Positions 55,337 through 64,000 of a DNA stretch of 64,000 nt are shown one piece after another. The translations under genes were made by a program, and so were the position numbers. A model generated the notes under the pieces. The model worked only from the letters and a program-made list of their open reading frames with translations, was not told the DNA's origin and did no database searches. The number at the start of each line of letters is the position of its first letter. The stretch's first letter is position 1. Source of the stretch: Persephonella sp. (GTDB lineage: Bacteria; Aquificota; Aquificia; Aquificales; Hydrogenothermaceae); the NCBI GenBank assembly GCA_027028005.1, contig JALVKE010000198.1, positions 166 to 64,165 on the forward strand, in the 5' to 3' direction.

Positions 55337-56254
55337 CTATTTTTCTCTTTTTGATAAAAGCCAGTAAACAACCCCTAAAGATAAAACAATAGCCCCATAA
55401 CTAAGGAGCTGAAGATACTTTTCTGCAGATAAAGATGCAATGAGTATCTTTCTAATCATAGCCGCTAAAGCTACTCCAATAAATGCACCTATAGCAAAGC
55501 CACCACCTTTTAAATGTTTTATTTCTTCCTGCATTAACTCAGAAACAGCCCATAAAATAAGTAGTGTACCTAGTGTGGCTATAATGGCTTTATCAAAAGC
55601 TACCTGCATAGTTATCATCTGATAAACATCGTATAAGAAAAGTCCAAGGACAAAAAATGAAACAAGGATTAATGCACCAACTAAAGCAAAATCTAACATA
55701 TCAGCAAACTTTCTAGAGAAACTGTAGAGCATCTTTTCTAATGTTGTCATCTCCTCATATCTACTTAACTCTTCCTCTCTGTATGCAAGGGTTAAAACAT
55801 CTAGATTTATGTCTAAAAGTTTACCTATTGATGAAACAAGCTGATTTCTCTCTTCAGATAGTCCAAACTCTTTATTAATCTTTTCAATAAAAAATCTCCT
55901 TATAAAATTAAAAGAAGCATTTACGTAGTGAGTAGGTAATCCTATCTCAACGTGTTTCTCACCAATTTTATGAAGTTTTAAAAAATACGTATAATCATAC
56001 TTCCCTGAAAATAGATCTAAATACCATTCCTTTAATTTTTCCTGATGTCTTTTAACTGTTTCTTCATCTTTTAGAAACTTTTTTGATTGAGGAAATCTCA
56101 AGATAAATCTGTAAAATCTATCAACAAACTCATCAACATATTTAACCATTACAGGTTTTAGTTTTTGAATGTTTTTTACATCTTTTTTAGTAAACTCAAA
56201 ATCTCTCTTTATCTGTTCAAAATCTATCAGTTCAAACATTTCTGTTTTTTCCAT
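55337..56254 (-). CDS. globin-coupled-sensor (protoglobin-type) domain fused to a PsiE-like 4-TM membrane domain
   Basis: The N-terminal 160 aa show a sensor-globin pattern (F...FT.KD...I..L.P.....VDEFVDRFY.FI...P....FL.DEETV.RHQEKL..W...LF.G.YD..Y...LHKIGEKHVEIGLPTHYV). The C-terminal hydrophobic helices end in WLLSKREK, like PsiE. Confidence 0.65.
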   Translation of the reverse strand: MEKTEMFELIDFEQIKRDFEFTKKDVKNIQKLKPVMVKYVDEFVDRFYRFILRFPQSKKFLKDEETVKRHQEKLKEWYLDLFSGKYDYTYFLKLHKIGEKHVEIGLPTHYVNASFNFIRRFFIEKINKEFGLSEERNQLVSSIGKLLDINLDVLTLAYREEELSRYEEMTTLEKMLYSFSRKFADMLDFALVGALILVSFFVLGLFLYDVYQMITMQVAFDKAIIATLGTLLILWAVSELMQEEIKHLKGGGFAIGAFIGVALAAMIRKILIASLSAEKYLQLLSYGAIVLSLGVVYWLLSKREK

Positions 56255-56257
56255 CTC

Positions 56258-57529
56258 TTACCTCTCTAACAGGACTATACTTTCTATATGATACGTTTGA
56301 GGAAACATATCTATCATCTTGACGCTTTTTAGATGAAAGCTCCCCTCTTTAAAAAGGTTTATATCTCTTGCTAATGTTGATGGATTGCAGGACACATAAA
56401 TAACTTTTTCAACAGATGTTGTTAGATTGATTTTATCAATTAGTTTTTGGCTTAATCCTGTTCTTGGTGGATCAACGACTATTACTTCAGGTTTTTTTTC
56501 GTCTATAAGAAATATGGCATCTCTAGACTCCATTCTAAAGAATGAAACATTTTTCATCTTATTTAACTTTCTATTGTGATTAGCATCCTGAACTGCATAT
56601 GGATTAGACTCAACACCTATAACATTTTCAGCAAATCTTGCTGAAGGAAGAGTTAATGTTCCTACTCCACAGTAAAGATCTATAACTGTTTTGTATCTTT
56701 TATCTTTTAAAAAAGATACAACTTCTTCAATTAGATTGGAAACCTGAAATCTGTTTACCTGAAAGAAGCTATCTATTGAAACTCTGTATGTTATATCTCC
56801 AACTTTTTCAAATGCAAAAATATCTCCTATAGTGAATAATCTCTCTGTATATCCATCTGGCTTTTTTCTGTATATACCTACTCCTTTAATATTTTTGGAT
56901 ATAAACTGCCTTAGATGTTTTAAACCAAGGGGAAATCTTTTTATTCTCCTTGGATATATGAACTTTACAAGCATTTCATCCTGATTTGAAGAGTACATGT
57001 GAACTTCCAATGGTTGAAAGGTTAAGAAAGGAAGTGTGTTTCTAACCCCATTTATACCGTTATCTAGATCTTCTTTTAAAAGAAGACAAGCATCAATATT
57101 AACGATCTCTTTACTATCTCTCTTGTAAAATCCAACTCTTTCTCCATATACCTTTAACTGTGTTCTATTTCTATATCTAAAAGCTTCTAGTGAAGGAATA
57201 ACCTTATCTACTTTTAAATTCTCTAGCTTTCCTATTCTTAATAATGTTTCTTCAAGTATCTCTTTTTTTATTTCAACCTGTTTTTCGTAAGGTATATGCT
57301 GATAATCACATCCGCCACAGTATGTAAAGTATTTACACAGTGGATTTACTCTGTCTGGAGAAGGTTCTATAACTTCCTCTAAATCACATTCAACAAAACT
57401 TTTCTTCTCTTTTTTTATTTTTACTTTAACAGTTTCTCCTGGTAAAACATAAGGAACAAAGCAGGTTTTTCCATCTATCTTTCCTATTCCTTTTCCACCA
57501 TATACAAGCTTTTCTATCTTTACTTCCAT
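56258..57529 (-). CDS. rlmD: 23S rRNA (uracil-C5)-methyltransferase, RumA/RlmD type
   Basis: N-terminal TRAM domain, Fe-S Cys motif CKYFTYCGGCDYQH, SAM motif DLYCGVGT, DPPRTG, and catalytic Cys context YVSCNP. Confidence 0.85.
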   Translation of the reverse strand: MEVKIEKLVYGGKGIGKIDGKTCFVPYVLPGETVKVKIKKEKKSFVECDLEEVIEPSPDRVNPLCKYFTYCGGCDYQHIPYEKQVEIKKEILEETLLRIGKLENLKVDKVIPSLEAFRYRNRTQLKVYGERVGFYKRDSKEIVNIDACLLLKEDLDNGINGVRNTLPFLTFQPLEVHMYSSNQDEMLVKFIYPRRIKRFPLGLKHLRQFISKNIKGVGIYRKKPDGYTERLFTIGDIFAFEKVGDITYRVSIDSFFQVNRFQVSNLIEEVVSFLKDKRYKTVIDLYCGVGTLTLPSARFAENVIGVESNPYAVQDANHNRKLNKMKNVSFFRMESRDAIFLIDEKKPEVIVVDPPRTGLSQKLIDKINLTTSVEKVIYVSCNPSTLARDINLFKEGSFHLKSVKMIDMFPQTYHIESIVLLER

Positions 57530-57635
57530 TTTTTCCTCGCAGATTTATGAGATTTTATAAATTTGAAAAATTATACAGTGTTTATAAAGCTATAAAGAGT
57601 ATTAAATGCAGAGAGATAAGATATATATAAAATTT

Positions 57636-58325
57636 TTAAATAAGCCCTTTATTTGCAAAACTAAAATAGTCTTTTTTTCCTATAACTAAATGATCTAAAA
57701 TCTCAAAACCAAGTTTCAATGCTAGCTCTTGAACATTTTTAGTAAACTCTATATCTTCTTCTGAAGGCTTGGAAGAACCTTCTGGGTGATTATGAGCTAA
57801 TATAATTCCATAAGCATTTAATTCTAGAGCATGAACAAATATATCCCGTGGTTTTATATTTATTACATTTAAAGAACCTACTGCTACTGTTTTTACTCCT
57901 AAAACCTGATTTTGAAGATTAGTGTAAATACATACTAATTTTTCCTGTTTTTCTTTATGTAAAAACTTAACAAGATTATAAACATCTGAAGGATTACTTA
58001 CTACAATCTTTTCTTCTTCCTCTTCCATTCTTTTAGCTATTTCCACAATAGAAAGTATCTGAAGAGCTTTTGCAGAACCTATGCCTTTAATTTTTAAAAG
58101 GTCTTCCAATGTTATACTCTTTAAATCCTTTAAAGATTTATCTTTTAAAATAAGATCTGCTAAACCTAAAACATTTAAATCTCTTGTTCCCTGTCCAATA
58201 GATAAAGCTAAAAGTTCAATGTCCGAAAGTTTATCTATACCATATTTTAAAGCCTTTTCTCTAGGAAGAAGGTCTTTTGGAAGGTTTTTTATACTTTTTC
58301 TGTAGATATATTTGTTGAATTTCAT
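57636..58325 (-). CDS. radC: RadC-family (JAMM-type) protein
   Basis: HhH region (LLKIKGIGSAKA) and JAMM motif HNHPEGSSKPSEED. Confidence 0.9.
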   Translation of the reverse strand: MKFNKYIYRKSIKNLPKDLLPREKALKYGIDKLSDIELLALSIGQGTRDLNVLGLADLILKDKSLKDLKSITLEDLLKIKGIGSAKALQILSIVEIAKRMEEEEEKIVVSNPSDVYNLVKFLHKEKQEKLVCIYTNLQNQVLGVKTVAVGSLNVINIKPRDIFVHALELNAYGIILAHNHPEGSSKPSEEDIEFTKNVQELALKLGFEILDHLVIGKKDYFSFANKGLI

Positions 58326-58490
58326 CTTAATAACAGCTTAATAATTTTTAAATAGTTTAACATAAAAATTTGAAACCTTTAATTTTCCCTTTTAAAAACA
58401 TAAATATATTATTGCTTAATAATTGGTATTGAATTTGCTCTTAATAAAAATATCATAGATTTTAAAACTGGCGTAAGCGGGGGAGATAAA

Positions 58491-59033
58491 ATGAATAGAG
58501 ATATACTGAAAATGACAATACAAAAAAATTTAGAAGAAATATCGAAAAAGTTTAATTTATCCATTCCTAACGAGATAATTTTATACATTTCCTCTATAAT
58601 AGCTTTGCACTATAAAGGCATACCTTTGTATCTAATTGATATCTCTGAAGAAAATCCCTTTAGACTAAACAAGATAAGAGGAGATATTTCTCTTATTCTT
58701 GTAGGATTATTTAGAGAGTGGGTAAACAGAAAAAACAGACCTTTGAAGCCTTCTGATTATATCAACGTTGGAAAGTTAAGTTATTTCAACGTATACATCT
58801 ATTTAGAAAGTAACTACGGGGAACTTTTCTACAGAGAAGTAAATAAAGATTATATAAAAGATGTTAAAAATATTTACAGTTATATAGATATATTTAGATC
58901 TCTTAGTGAAGAGTTTGAGACATATACAGATTTTTTAAATCTGTATAGAAAAGAAATAGCTGAGATTGAAAATTTCTTTGATAAATTTTCCCAGTTAAGA
59001 AGAGATGAGTTTAAAAGGTTTTTTGGAGAATAA
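58491..59033 (+). CDS. hypothetical protein
   Basis: 180-aa ORF with a GGGGGAG RBS. No motif recognised. Confidence 0.5.
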   Translation: MNRDILKMTIQKNLEEISKKFNLSIPNEIILYISSIIALHYKGIPLYLIDISEENPFRLNKIRGDISLILVGLFREWVNRKNRPLKPSDYINVGKLSYFNVYIYLESNYGELFYREVNKDYIKDVKNIYSYIDIFRSLSEEFETYTDFLNLYRKEIAEIENFFDKFSQLRRDEFKRFFGE

Positions 59034-59101
59034 TCATATTTTAAAACTGAAATTTAGATTATATTAATTAGTAGATACTAACCTAAACAAGGAGAAAAAA
59101 G

Positions 59102-59419
59102 TTGCTTGAGCTTGCAGGTATAGGAATTGGTTACTCTTTTACAGCTATTTTTATGTTTTCAATGGTGCTTCTCTATATCATCGATTTTAAGTATAAAACA
59201 GCACCTTCTAAAGTTTACTACTCAAACATGTTTATAGGTGTGCTTGCACTTCTTGTATTTTTGTTGATCCTTATGTTTACAGGAAACTTTATGATAAAAA
59301 TAATGTTTGACGAAATAGATAGATCAACTGTTTACAGATTTTCTGTGTTTGGAATAATGTTTGGAATACTCTCTTTTCCTTTTCTAGCAAGACTTGGTCA
59401 AAAGTTAATGTATAGATAA
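59102..59419 (+). CDS. small membrane protein, hypothetical
   Basis: 105 aa. TTG start after AAGGAG. Three hydrophobic helices. Terminator immediately downstream. Confidence 0.45.
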   Translation: MLELAGIGIGYSFTAIFMFSMVLLYIIDFKYKTAPSKVYYSNMFIGVLALLVFLLILMFTGNFMIKIMFDEIDRSTVYRFSVFGIMFGILSFPFLARLGQKLMYR

Positions 59420-59424
59420 AAAAA

Positions 59425-59440
59425 GGGGCTTTAAAGCCCC
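59425..59440. terminator. bidirectional stem-loop terminator
   Basis: GGGGCTTTAAAGCCCC palindrome, flanked by A7 upstream and a T-rich sequence downstream, between convergent genes. Confidence 0.6.
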
Positions 59441-59448
59441 TTCTATCT

Positions 59449-61401
59449 TTATTTATTTAAAAGCTCCAATGCTTCTAGTATTTCTAGACCTGACTCGTGG
59501 ATAGACGTTCTGCCTATAAATCCAGCAAGTCTGGCAACAGCTAATTCTTTTTCAAAGGTTTCTTTGTCTAAACCTGATATTCTAAGAGCTTCTTCCCAGT
59601 TTTTAGGAAGAATTCTAACCCTCTTCTCCTTAACATATAGATTTCCTACCTGCTTGATAGCCTGTAGTATTCTAACAATAAGTGGATTTATTGGATCAGC
59701 TATGCCTTCAGGAACTCCAGACAATGCTTTTTTGATAAGTTTACCTGGCTCCGTTAATCTAAGACCATTGTTAGGAAGAACATCAAGTATGTATCTAGCT
59801 TCAAGTTTATTTACTGCATACTGAACTTCCTCTTTAAGGGTTTCATCAAACTCCTTAAATAACTCTTCTAAAAACATTCCATATTCAGGGATTTTATGTA
59901 GAACCATTAATTCAAATCTTGTAAGGTGAGGAATCCTTTTAATAGCATAAGCTAATCTTTCGTATAACTCTCCAGACTTTGTAGGGTATCCTCCACCTAC
60001 TAGACCTTCCTTTACCCCTTCTTCATACCAGTTATAATTTGGCGCACCAAACTCTGTTTTTGTTATTGTTACAGCTTTAACGCCTGTTGCTGTAATCTCT
60101 CTTACACCTCTTTCTTTTATATCTTTTAGTACCTCGACTCCATGAGGAGTAAACTTGTATATAAGCTTACCTTTCTTCTCATCAACTTCAGAAACTATAA
60201 GGTTAAAAGACTCTAGAGAGTATAAAGATTCCATTACAGTATCAAATAATTTTTCATACCATTCATTCCCTTTTTCCCAGAAATGTTTGAATAGATCTTC
60301 AACAGTAAATAATTCAGCCCATTTTTTCTTTAGCTCTTCTTTCTTCTGATATCCCATAGCTTGATTTAGCATTCTACCGTAAAACTCTTTAAGATGTTTA
60401 TACTCTTTTAAAGGCTTTTCAAGTAAGTAGTGAACAATTTCTTCTGCTGTTGCAAGAATTTCAGGATTTTCTTTATGTTTTTCCCAAACTTTTTCTAGAC
60501 CTATAAGAATTTCTTCATCTAATGTTTCAAGGTTAAACGTTTTTACAGGTCTGTACTCTCTTTCATTCCATAGTCTATAAACTTCAAGTAGATGTTCTCC
60601 TGCAGGTAATAAATTTCCTTCAGCATCTATAAAAGCAAGTTCCTGTAATACTTCAAGTTCTTGAGTTGTAAGAGCTTCTATTCCACTGTCTAATACTTTT
60701 AAGAGAGCATACATATAATCCTCATTTATTATTGTTCCTAGAGATGGTGCCATTGTTTGAATAGTTTTTTGAACGGCTTGACCAAGACCTGATAATGTAT
60801 ATACATCAGAGTTAGGAACAGAAAAAGATATTAATCTCATCGATTCCATAATTTCAAGATTTCTACCGTGAACAGGTAATGTACTTGTTTCTGCTGGTCC
60901 TGGAGGAATAGACGCTATATATCTTCCTAATTCTCTAGATATTTCTAATCTAGGTTTTGCTTTCTGATAGATATCATAAATAGCCTTTGCATACTCATTT
61001 ATCTCTTTAAACCATCCTTTTTTTTCTTCATGTCTTTCTTCTGCTAACCCTCTTTCAGCTAAAGGTTTAAATGTTAATTCTCCTGTAAGATTCCCACTTC
61101 TTATCGCAGCATCAATCATAGCAATCACTTCTGATCCAATCCATCTAAATCTCTCATCCCATTCTGATGGATGTTTTAAAAGACCTTTTTGTATCATCTC
61201 TTCCATAAGATAAACAAGATTTCTACCCCAGTATGTAAGCACATACTCTATTGGGCTACTTCCCTGTTCAAGAAGATTTTGAAGTTCCAGTTCTAAATAT
61301 GGATCCTCCTCAGCTTTTATGGTTATTTGACAGGCTGAACCTTTTTCTTCTTGAGATTTAGCGTTTAAAAGTGCCAGTGCATGTTCCTTTTTTATAAGCA
61401 T
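59449..61401 (-). CDS. large cytoplasmic protein apparently built from repeated winged-helix-like units; function unknown
   Basis: 650-aa ORF with an AAGGAGGG RBS. It has recurrent helix-turn-helix plus wing signatures ending in x-(L/F)T-x-x-G-x-x-(L/V) (YTLSGLGQAV, LLPAGEHLLEV, FTPHGVEVLK, PTKSGELYERL, RLTEPGKLIKK, IHESGLEILEAL). Confidence 0.6.
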   Translation of the reverse strand: MLIKKEHALALLNAKSQEEKGSACQITIKAEEDPYLELELQNLLEQGSSPIEYVLTYWGRNLVYLMEEMIQKGLLKHPSEWDERFRWIGSEVIAMIDAAIRSGNLTGELTFKPLAERGLAEERHEEKKGWFKEINEYAKAIYDIYQKAKPRLEISRELGRYIASIPPGPAETSTLPVHGRNLEIMESMRLISFSVPNSDVYTLSGLGQAVQKTIQTMAPSLGTIINEDYMYALLKVLDSGIEALTTQELEVLQELAFIDAEGNLLPAGEHLLEVYRLWNEREYRPVKTFNLETLDEEILIGLEKVWEKHKENPEILATAEEIVHYLLEKPLKEYKHLKEFYGRMLNQAMGYQKKEELKKKWAELFTVEDLFKHFWEKGNEWYEKLFDTVMESLYSLESFNLIVSEVDEKKGKLIYKFTPHGVEVLKDIKERGVREITATGVKAVTITKTEFGAPNYNWYEEGVKEGLVGGGYPTKSGELYERLAYAIKRIPHLTRFELMVLHKIPEYGMFLEELFKEFDETLKEEVQYAVNKLEARYILDVLPNNGLRLTEPGKLIKKALSGVPEGIADPINPLIVRILQAIKQVGNLYVKEKRVRILPKNWEEALRISGLDKETFEKELAVARLAGFIGRTSIHESGLEILEALELLNK

Positions 61402-61435
61402 GTAAGCCCTCCTTTTAAATTAAGTTATATTAAAT

Positions 61436-61464
61436 AAAATAATTCTTTATTTTTTGTTTGTCAA
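61436..61464 (-). promoter_or_regulatory. candidate sigma-70 promoter of the 650-aa gene
   Basis: On the minus strand: TTGACA (61464-61459), a 17-nt spacer, then TATTTT (61441-61436). Confidence 0.3.
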
Positions 61465-61613
61465 AAAATTTTAGTAACAGTTTGTTAAATAAATTTATAA
61501 AATTTATTTAAGCATCTTGCAAGAATTTAAAAAAACCCTATGATTCTAATTATACATCTACCATTATATAGGCGTATAATAATAGATTTAAAATATTAAT
61601 TTGAGGTTTTATC

Positions 61614-63359
61614 ATGCCTAAAAAGAGAGGAGCTGACATCGTTATTGATGTTTTATTAGAGGAAAATGTTGAAATAGTCTTTGGACTACCAGGGGGAGCT
61701 ATCATGGAAGTTTATGATGCTCTTTATAAAGCCCCCCTTAAAAATATATTAGCAAGACACGAACAGGCAGCTGCTCACATGGCAGATGGATACGCAAGGG
61801 CAACAGGTAAAGTTGGAGTTGTTCTAGCAACATCTGGTCCAGGAGCAACAAATCTAGTAACAGGTCTTGCAACAGCCTATATGGACTCTGTTCCAATGGT
61901 TGCTATAACAGGACAGGTTCCTACCCACTATATAGGAACAGATGCTTTTCAGGAAGCTGATGTTGTTGGAATAACAAGACCTATAACAAAACATAATTTC
62001 CTAGTTACAGATATAAAAGATCTAGCTCTTATCCTCAGGGAAGCTTTTTATTTAGCAAGAACAGGAAGACCAGGACCTGTTTTAGTAGATATCCCTAAGG
62101 ATATCACTCAGCAAGAGTATGATTATAAAATGCCTACTGAAAAAGATGTTATAGATGCACTTCCAGGATACAAACCCCACTATGAAGGAAATCCTATTCA
62201 GATAAAAAAGGCAGCAGAACTTATAAGAAAGGCAAAAAGACCTGTTTTATACGTTGGTGGTGGAGCTGTTATATCTGGAGCTGCCGAAGAAGTTAGGAAG
62301 TTAGCAGAACTTGCTAGGATTCCAGTAACTACTACAAATATGGCTAAAGGTGTTTTTGATGAGACACATCCTTTAGCTCTGCACATGCTTGGTATGCATG
62401 GAACATACTACGCAAATATGGCAGTTTATCATTCAGATCTTCTTATTGCTGTTGGAGCAAGATTTGATGATAGGGTAACAGGAAAGATTGATGAGTTTGC
62501 ACCAGAGGCAAAAATTATTCATATAGATATAGATCCTGCTTCTATTAGCAAAAATATACATGTTGATGTTCCTATTGTTGGAGATGTAAAAAATGTTTTA
62601 CAAAAACTTTTAAAGGAATTAGAGAAAAAACCTGTTGAATGGGTTTCTGCTAGGGAAAGCTGGTTAAAACAGATAGAAAGATGGAGAGAAAAACATCCTT
62701 TAACATATCAGAAATCAGATAAGATAATAAAACCTCAGTTTGTTATAGAAGAGATATATAAGGTTACAAATGGTGAAGCTATTATATCTGCAGGGGTTGG
62801 ACAGCATCAAATGTGGGCTGCTATGTTCTACAAATATAAGTTTCCTAGACAGTTTTTAAACTCTGGTGGACTTGGTACAATGGGATTTGGATTTCCTGCT
62901 GCTGTTGGTGCTAAATTTGGTAAGCCAGATAAAACGGTTTTTGCAATAGAAGGAGATGGTTCTTTTGTTATGAATATGCAAGATGTTATTACTGCTGTTC
63001 AATACAGAATTCCAGTAAAAATAGCAATTATAAACAATGAGTTTTTAGGTATGGTTAGACAATGGCAGCAGTTTTTCTACGATAGTAGATATTCGTCTGT
63101 TTGTTTAGCTGTTCATCCTGATTTTGTGAAACTTGCAGAATCTATGGGAGCAGTTGGATTAAGAGCTACAAAACCAGATGAAGTTAGACCTGTTTTAGAA
63201 AAAGCTATGGAGATAAATGATAGACCAGTTATTATGGACTTTGCTGTTGATAGAGAAGAAAACGTTTTACCTATGGTTCCTGCAGGAAAAAGCTATAGAG
63301 AAATGATACTTTCACCTAAACAAAAAGGTGAAGCAGAAACAATGTATTTAGTAGGATAA
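61614..63359 (+). CDS. ilvB: acetolactate synthase large subunit
   Basis: ThDP enzyme motifs ([44 protein letters not shown]). Confidence 0.95.
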   Translation: MPKKRGADIVIDVLLEENVEIVFGLPGGAIMEVYDALYKAPLKNILARHEQAAAHMADGYARATGKVGVVLATSGPGATNLVTGLATAYMDSVPMVAITGQVPTHYIGTDAFQEADVVGITRPITKHNFLVTDIKDLALILREAFYLARTGRPGPVLVDIPKDITQQEYDYKMPTEKDVIDALPGYKPHYEGNPIQIKKAAELIRKAKRPVLYVGGGAVISGAAEEVRKLAELARIPVTTTNMAKGVFDETHPLALHMLGMHGTYYANMAVYHSDLLIAVGARFDDRVTGKIDEFAPEAKIIHIDIDPASISKNIHVDVPIVGDVKNVLQKLLKELEKKPVEWVSARESWLKQIERWREKHPLTYQKSDKIIKPQFVIEEIYKVTNGEAIISAGVGQHQMWAAMFYKYKFPRQFLNSGGLGTMGFGFPAAVGAKFGKPDKTVFAIEGDGSFVMNMQDVITAVQYRIPVKIAIINNEFLGMVRQWQQFFYDSRYSSVCLAVHPDFVKLAESMGAVGLRATKPDEVRPVLEKAMEINDRPVIMDFAVDREENVLPMVPAGKSYREMILSPKQKGEAETMYLVG

Positions 63360-63372
63360 AAGGGGTAAGAAA

Positions 63373-63939
63373 ATGAGTGAAAATATAGCTCCATTAAAAG
63401 TTAGACCTGAAATAAAAACAGAAGTAAGAAAACATATTATTGTTGTAAGGGTTCAACATAACTTCGGTGTATTAACCAGGATAACAAGTCTTTTTGCTGG
63501 TAGAGGATATAACATAGAAAGTCTTACTGTAGGAAAAACCCACGAACCAAATGTAGCCCGTATAACTATTGTAGTTGAAGGGGACGAAAGAATAATTGAA
63601 CAGATAATAAAACAGTTAAGAAAACTAATTGAAACGCTGAGAGTTAGAGATATAACAGACCTTCCCCATATAGAAAGAGAACTTGTATTAATAAAGGTAC
63701 ATGCAGGAGAAGACAAAGCTAGAGATGAGATAATGAGACTTGTAAATATTTTTAGAGCAAAAGTTGTTGACGTCTCCCCAGATACATACACCATAGAAGT
63801 TACAGGAGATAGTGATAAGATAGATGCTCTAATTGACCTTCTAAGACCTTTTGGTATTAAAGATATAGCGAGAACAGGAACGTTAGCTTTAGTTAGAGAA
63901 AGTGCTAAGCAAAAGGTTAAAGAAAAAGTTTTAGAGTGA
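63373..63939 (+). CDS. ilvH: acetolactate synthase small (regulatory) subunit
   Basis: N-terminal ACT domain (HIIVVRVQHNFGVLTRITSLFAGRGYNIESLTVG) and a C-terminal ALS_ss_C-like half. Confidence 0.9.
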   Translation: MSENIAPLKVRPEIKTEVRKHIIVVRVQHNFGVLTRITSLFAGRGYNIESLTVGKTHEPNVARITIVVEGDERIIEQIIKQLRKLIETLRVRDITDLPHIERELVLIKVHAGEDKARDEIMRLVNIFRAKVVDVSPDTYTIEVTGDSDKIDALIDLLRPFGIKDIARTGTLALVRESAKQKVKEKVLE

Positions 63940-64000
63940 TGTTAAAAAAAATATATTTACTTTTATTTTTACTAATCTATTTCTCCTATGGAGATAGTAT
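63939..64000 (+). CDS. 5' end of a secreted/membrane protein gene cut by the window edge
   Basis: The ATG overlaps the ilvH stop (TGATG). MLKKIYLLLFLLIYFSYGDS looks like a signal peptide. Confidence 0.35.
   Translation, partial: MLKKIYLLLFLLIYFSYGDS

Noticed and set aside
1-64000. Searched by eye for CRISPR repeat arrays, rRNA/tRNA genes, IS elements, integrases, phage genes and long terminal inverted repeats.
   Set aside because: No regularly spaced direct repeats were seen, and no tRNA-like T-arm (GGTTCGAATCC-type) in any intergenic region. No ORF carries transposase, integrase or recombinase motifs. The only notable nucleotide repeat is the PEBP paralogue tract. A covariance-model scan (tRNAscan-SE, Infernal) would be needed to exclude small RNAs.

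Overview
The window is AT-rich and densely packed with about 75 protein-coding genes. The proteins are K/E/I-rich and look thermophile-like. The gene content (reverse-TCA-type fumarate reductase Fe-S and CCG subunits, a sigma-54 promoter, HspR-DnaJ, CrcB, many short gene overlaps) suggests a chromosomal segment from an Aquificae-like bacterium, perhaps of the Sulfurihydrogenibium/Persephonella type. That assignment is inference only. Most of the window is housekeeping: deoC-prmA-hspR-dnaJ, argF, aroE, fbp, recN, ychF, birA, a phosphoglucomutase/phosphomannomutase (PGM/PMM) gene, typA, hemB, proS, tig-clpP-clpX-engB and ilvBH. By eye I found no rRNA, tRNA, CRISPR array, transposase, integrase or prophage genes. 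These loci deserve a second look:

- A periplasmic redox cluster at 41.5-45.0 kb, preceded by Fur/PerR-like boxes. It encodes a cupredoxin-like protein, a MauG/CcpA-type di-haem peroxidase, a Tat-exported metallophosphoesterase and a small cytochrome c.
- The cytochrome c reading frame in that cluster, which is split exactly at an in-phase A-AAA-AAG heptamer (the dnaX-type -1 slippery site).
- A spacing-perfect sigma-54 promoter driving an orphan secreted protein with 18 cysteines (51.2-53.3 kb).
- An apparent rlmD / globin-PsiE-fusion / Upf1-like SF1 helicase operon (53.3-57.5 kb).
- A 650-aa protein apparently built of repeated winged-helix-like units (59.4-61.4 kb).
- A three-domain fusion of acyl-AMP ligase, carrier protein and PlsC downstream of an MFS gene, resembling lplT-aas (4.8-8.8 kb).
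- An Fe-S and sulfur-relay cluster with no cysteine desulfurase (11.5-14.2 kb).
- An orphan OppC permease translationally coupled to a GH114-like lipoprotein (22.4-24.5 kb).

All functional calls rest on motifs I recognised by reading the translated ORFs. I ran no database search, so family names should be confirmed with HMM or BLAST searches.
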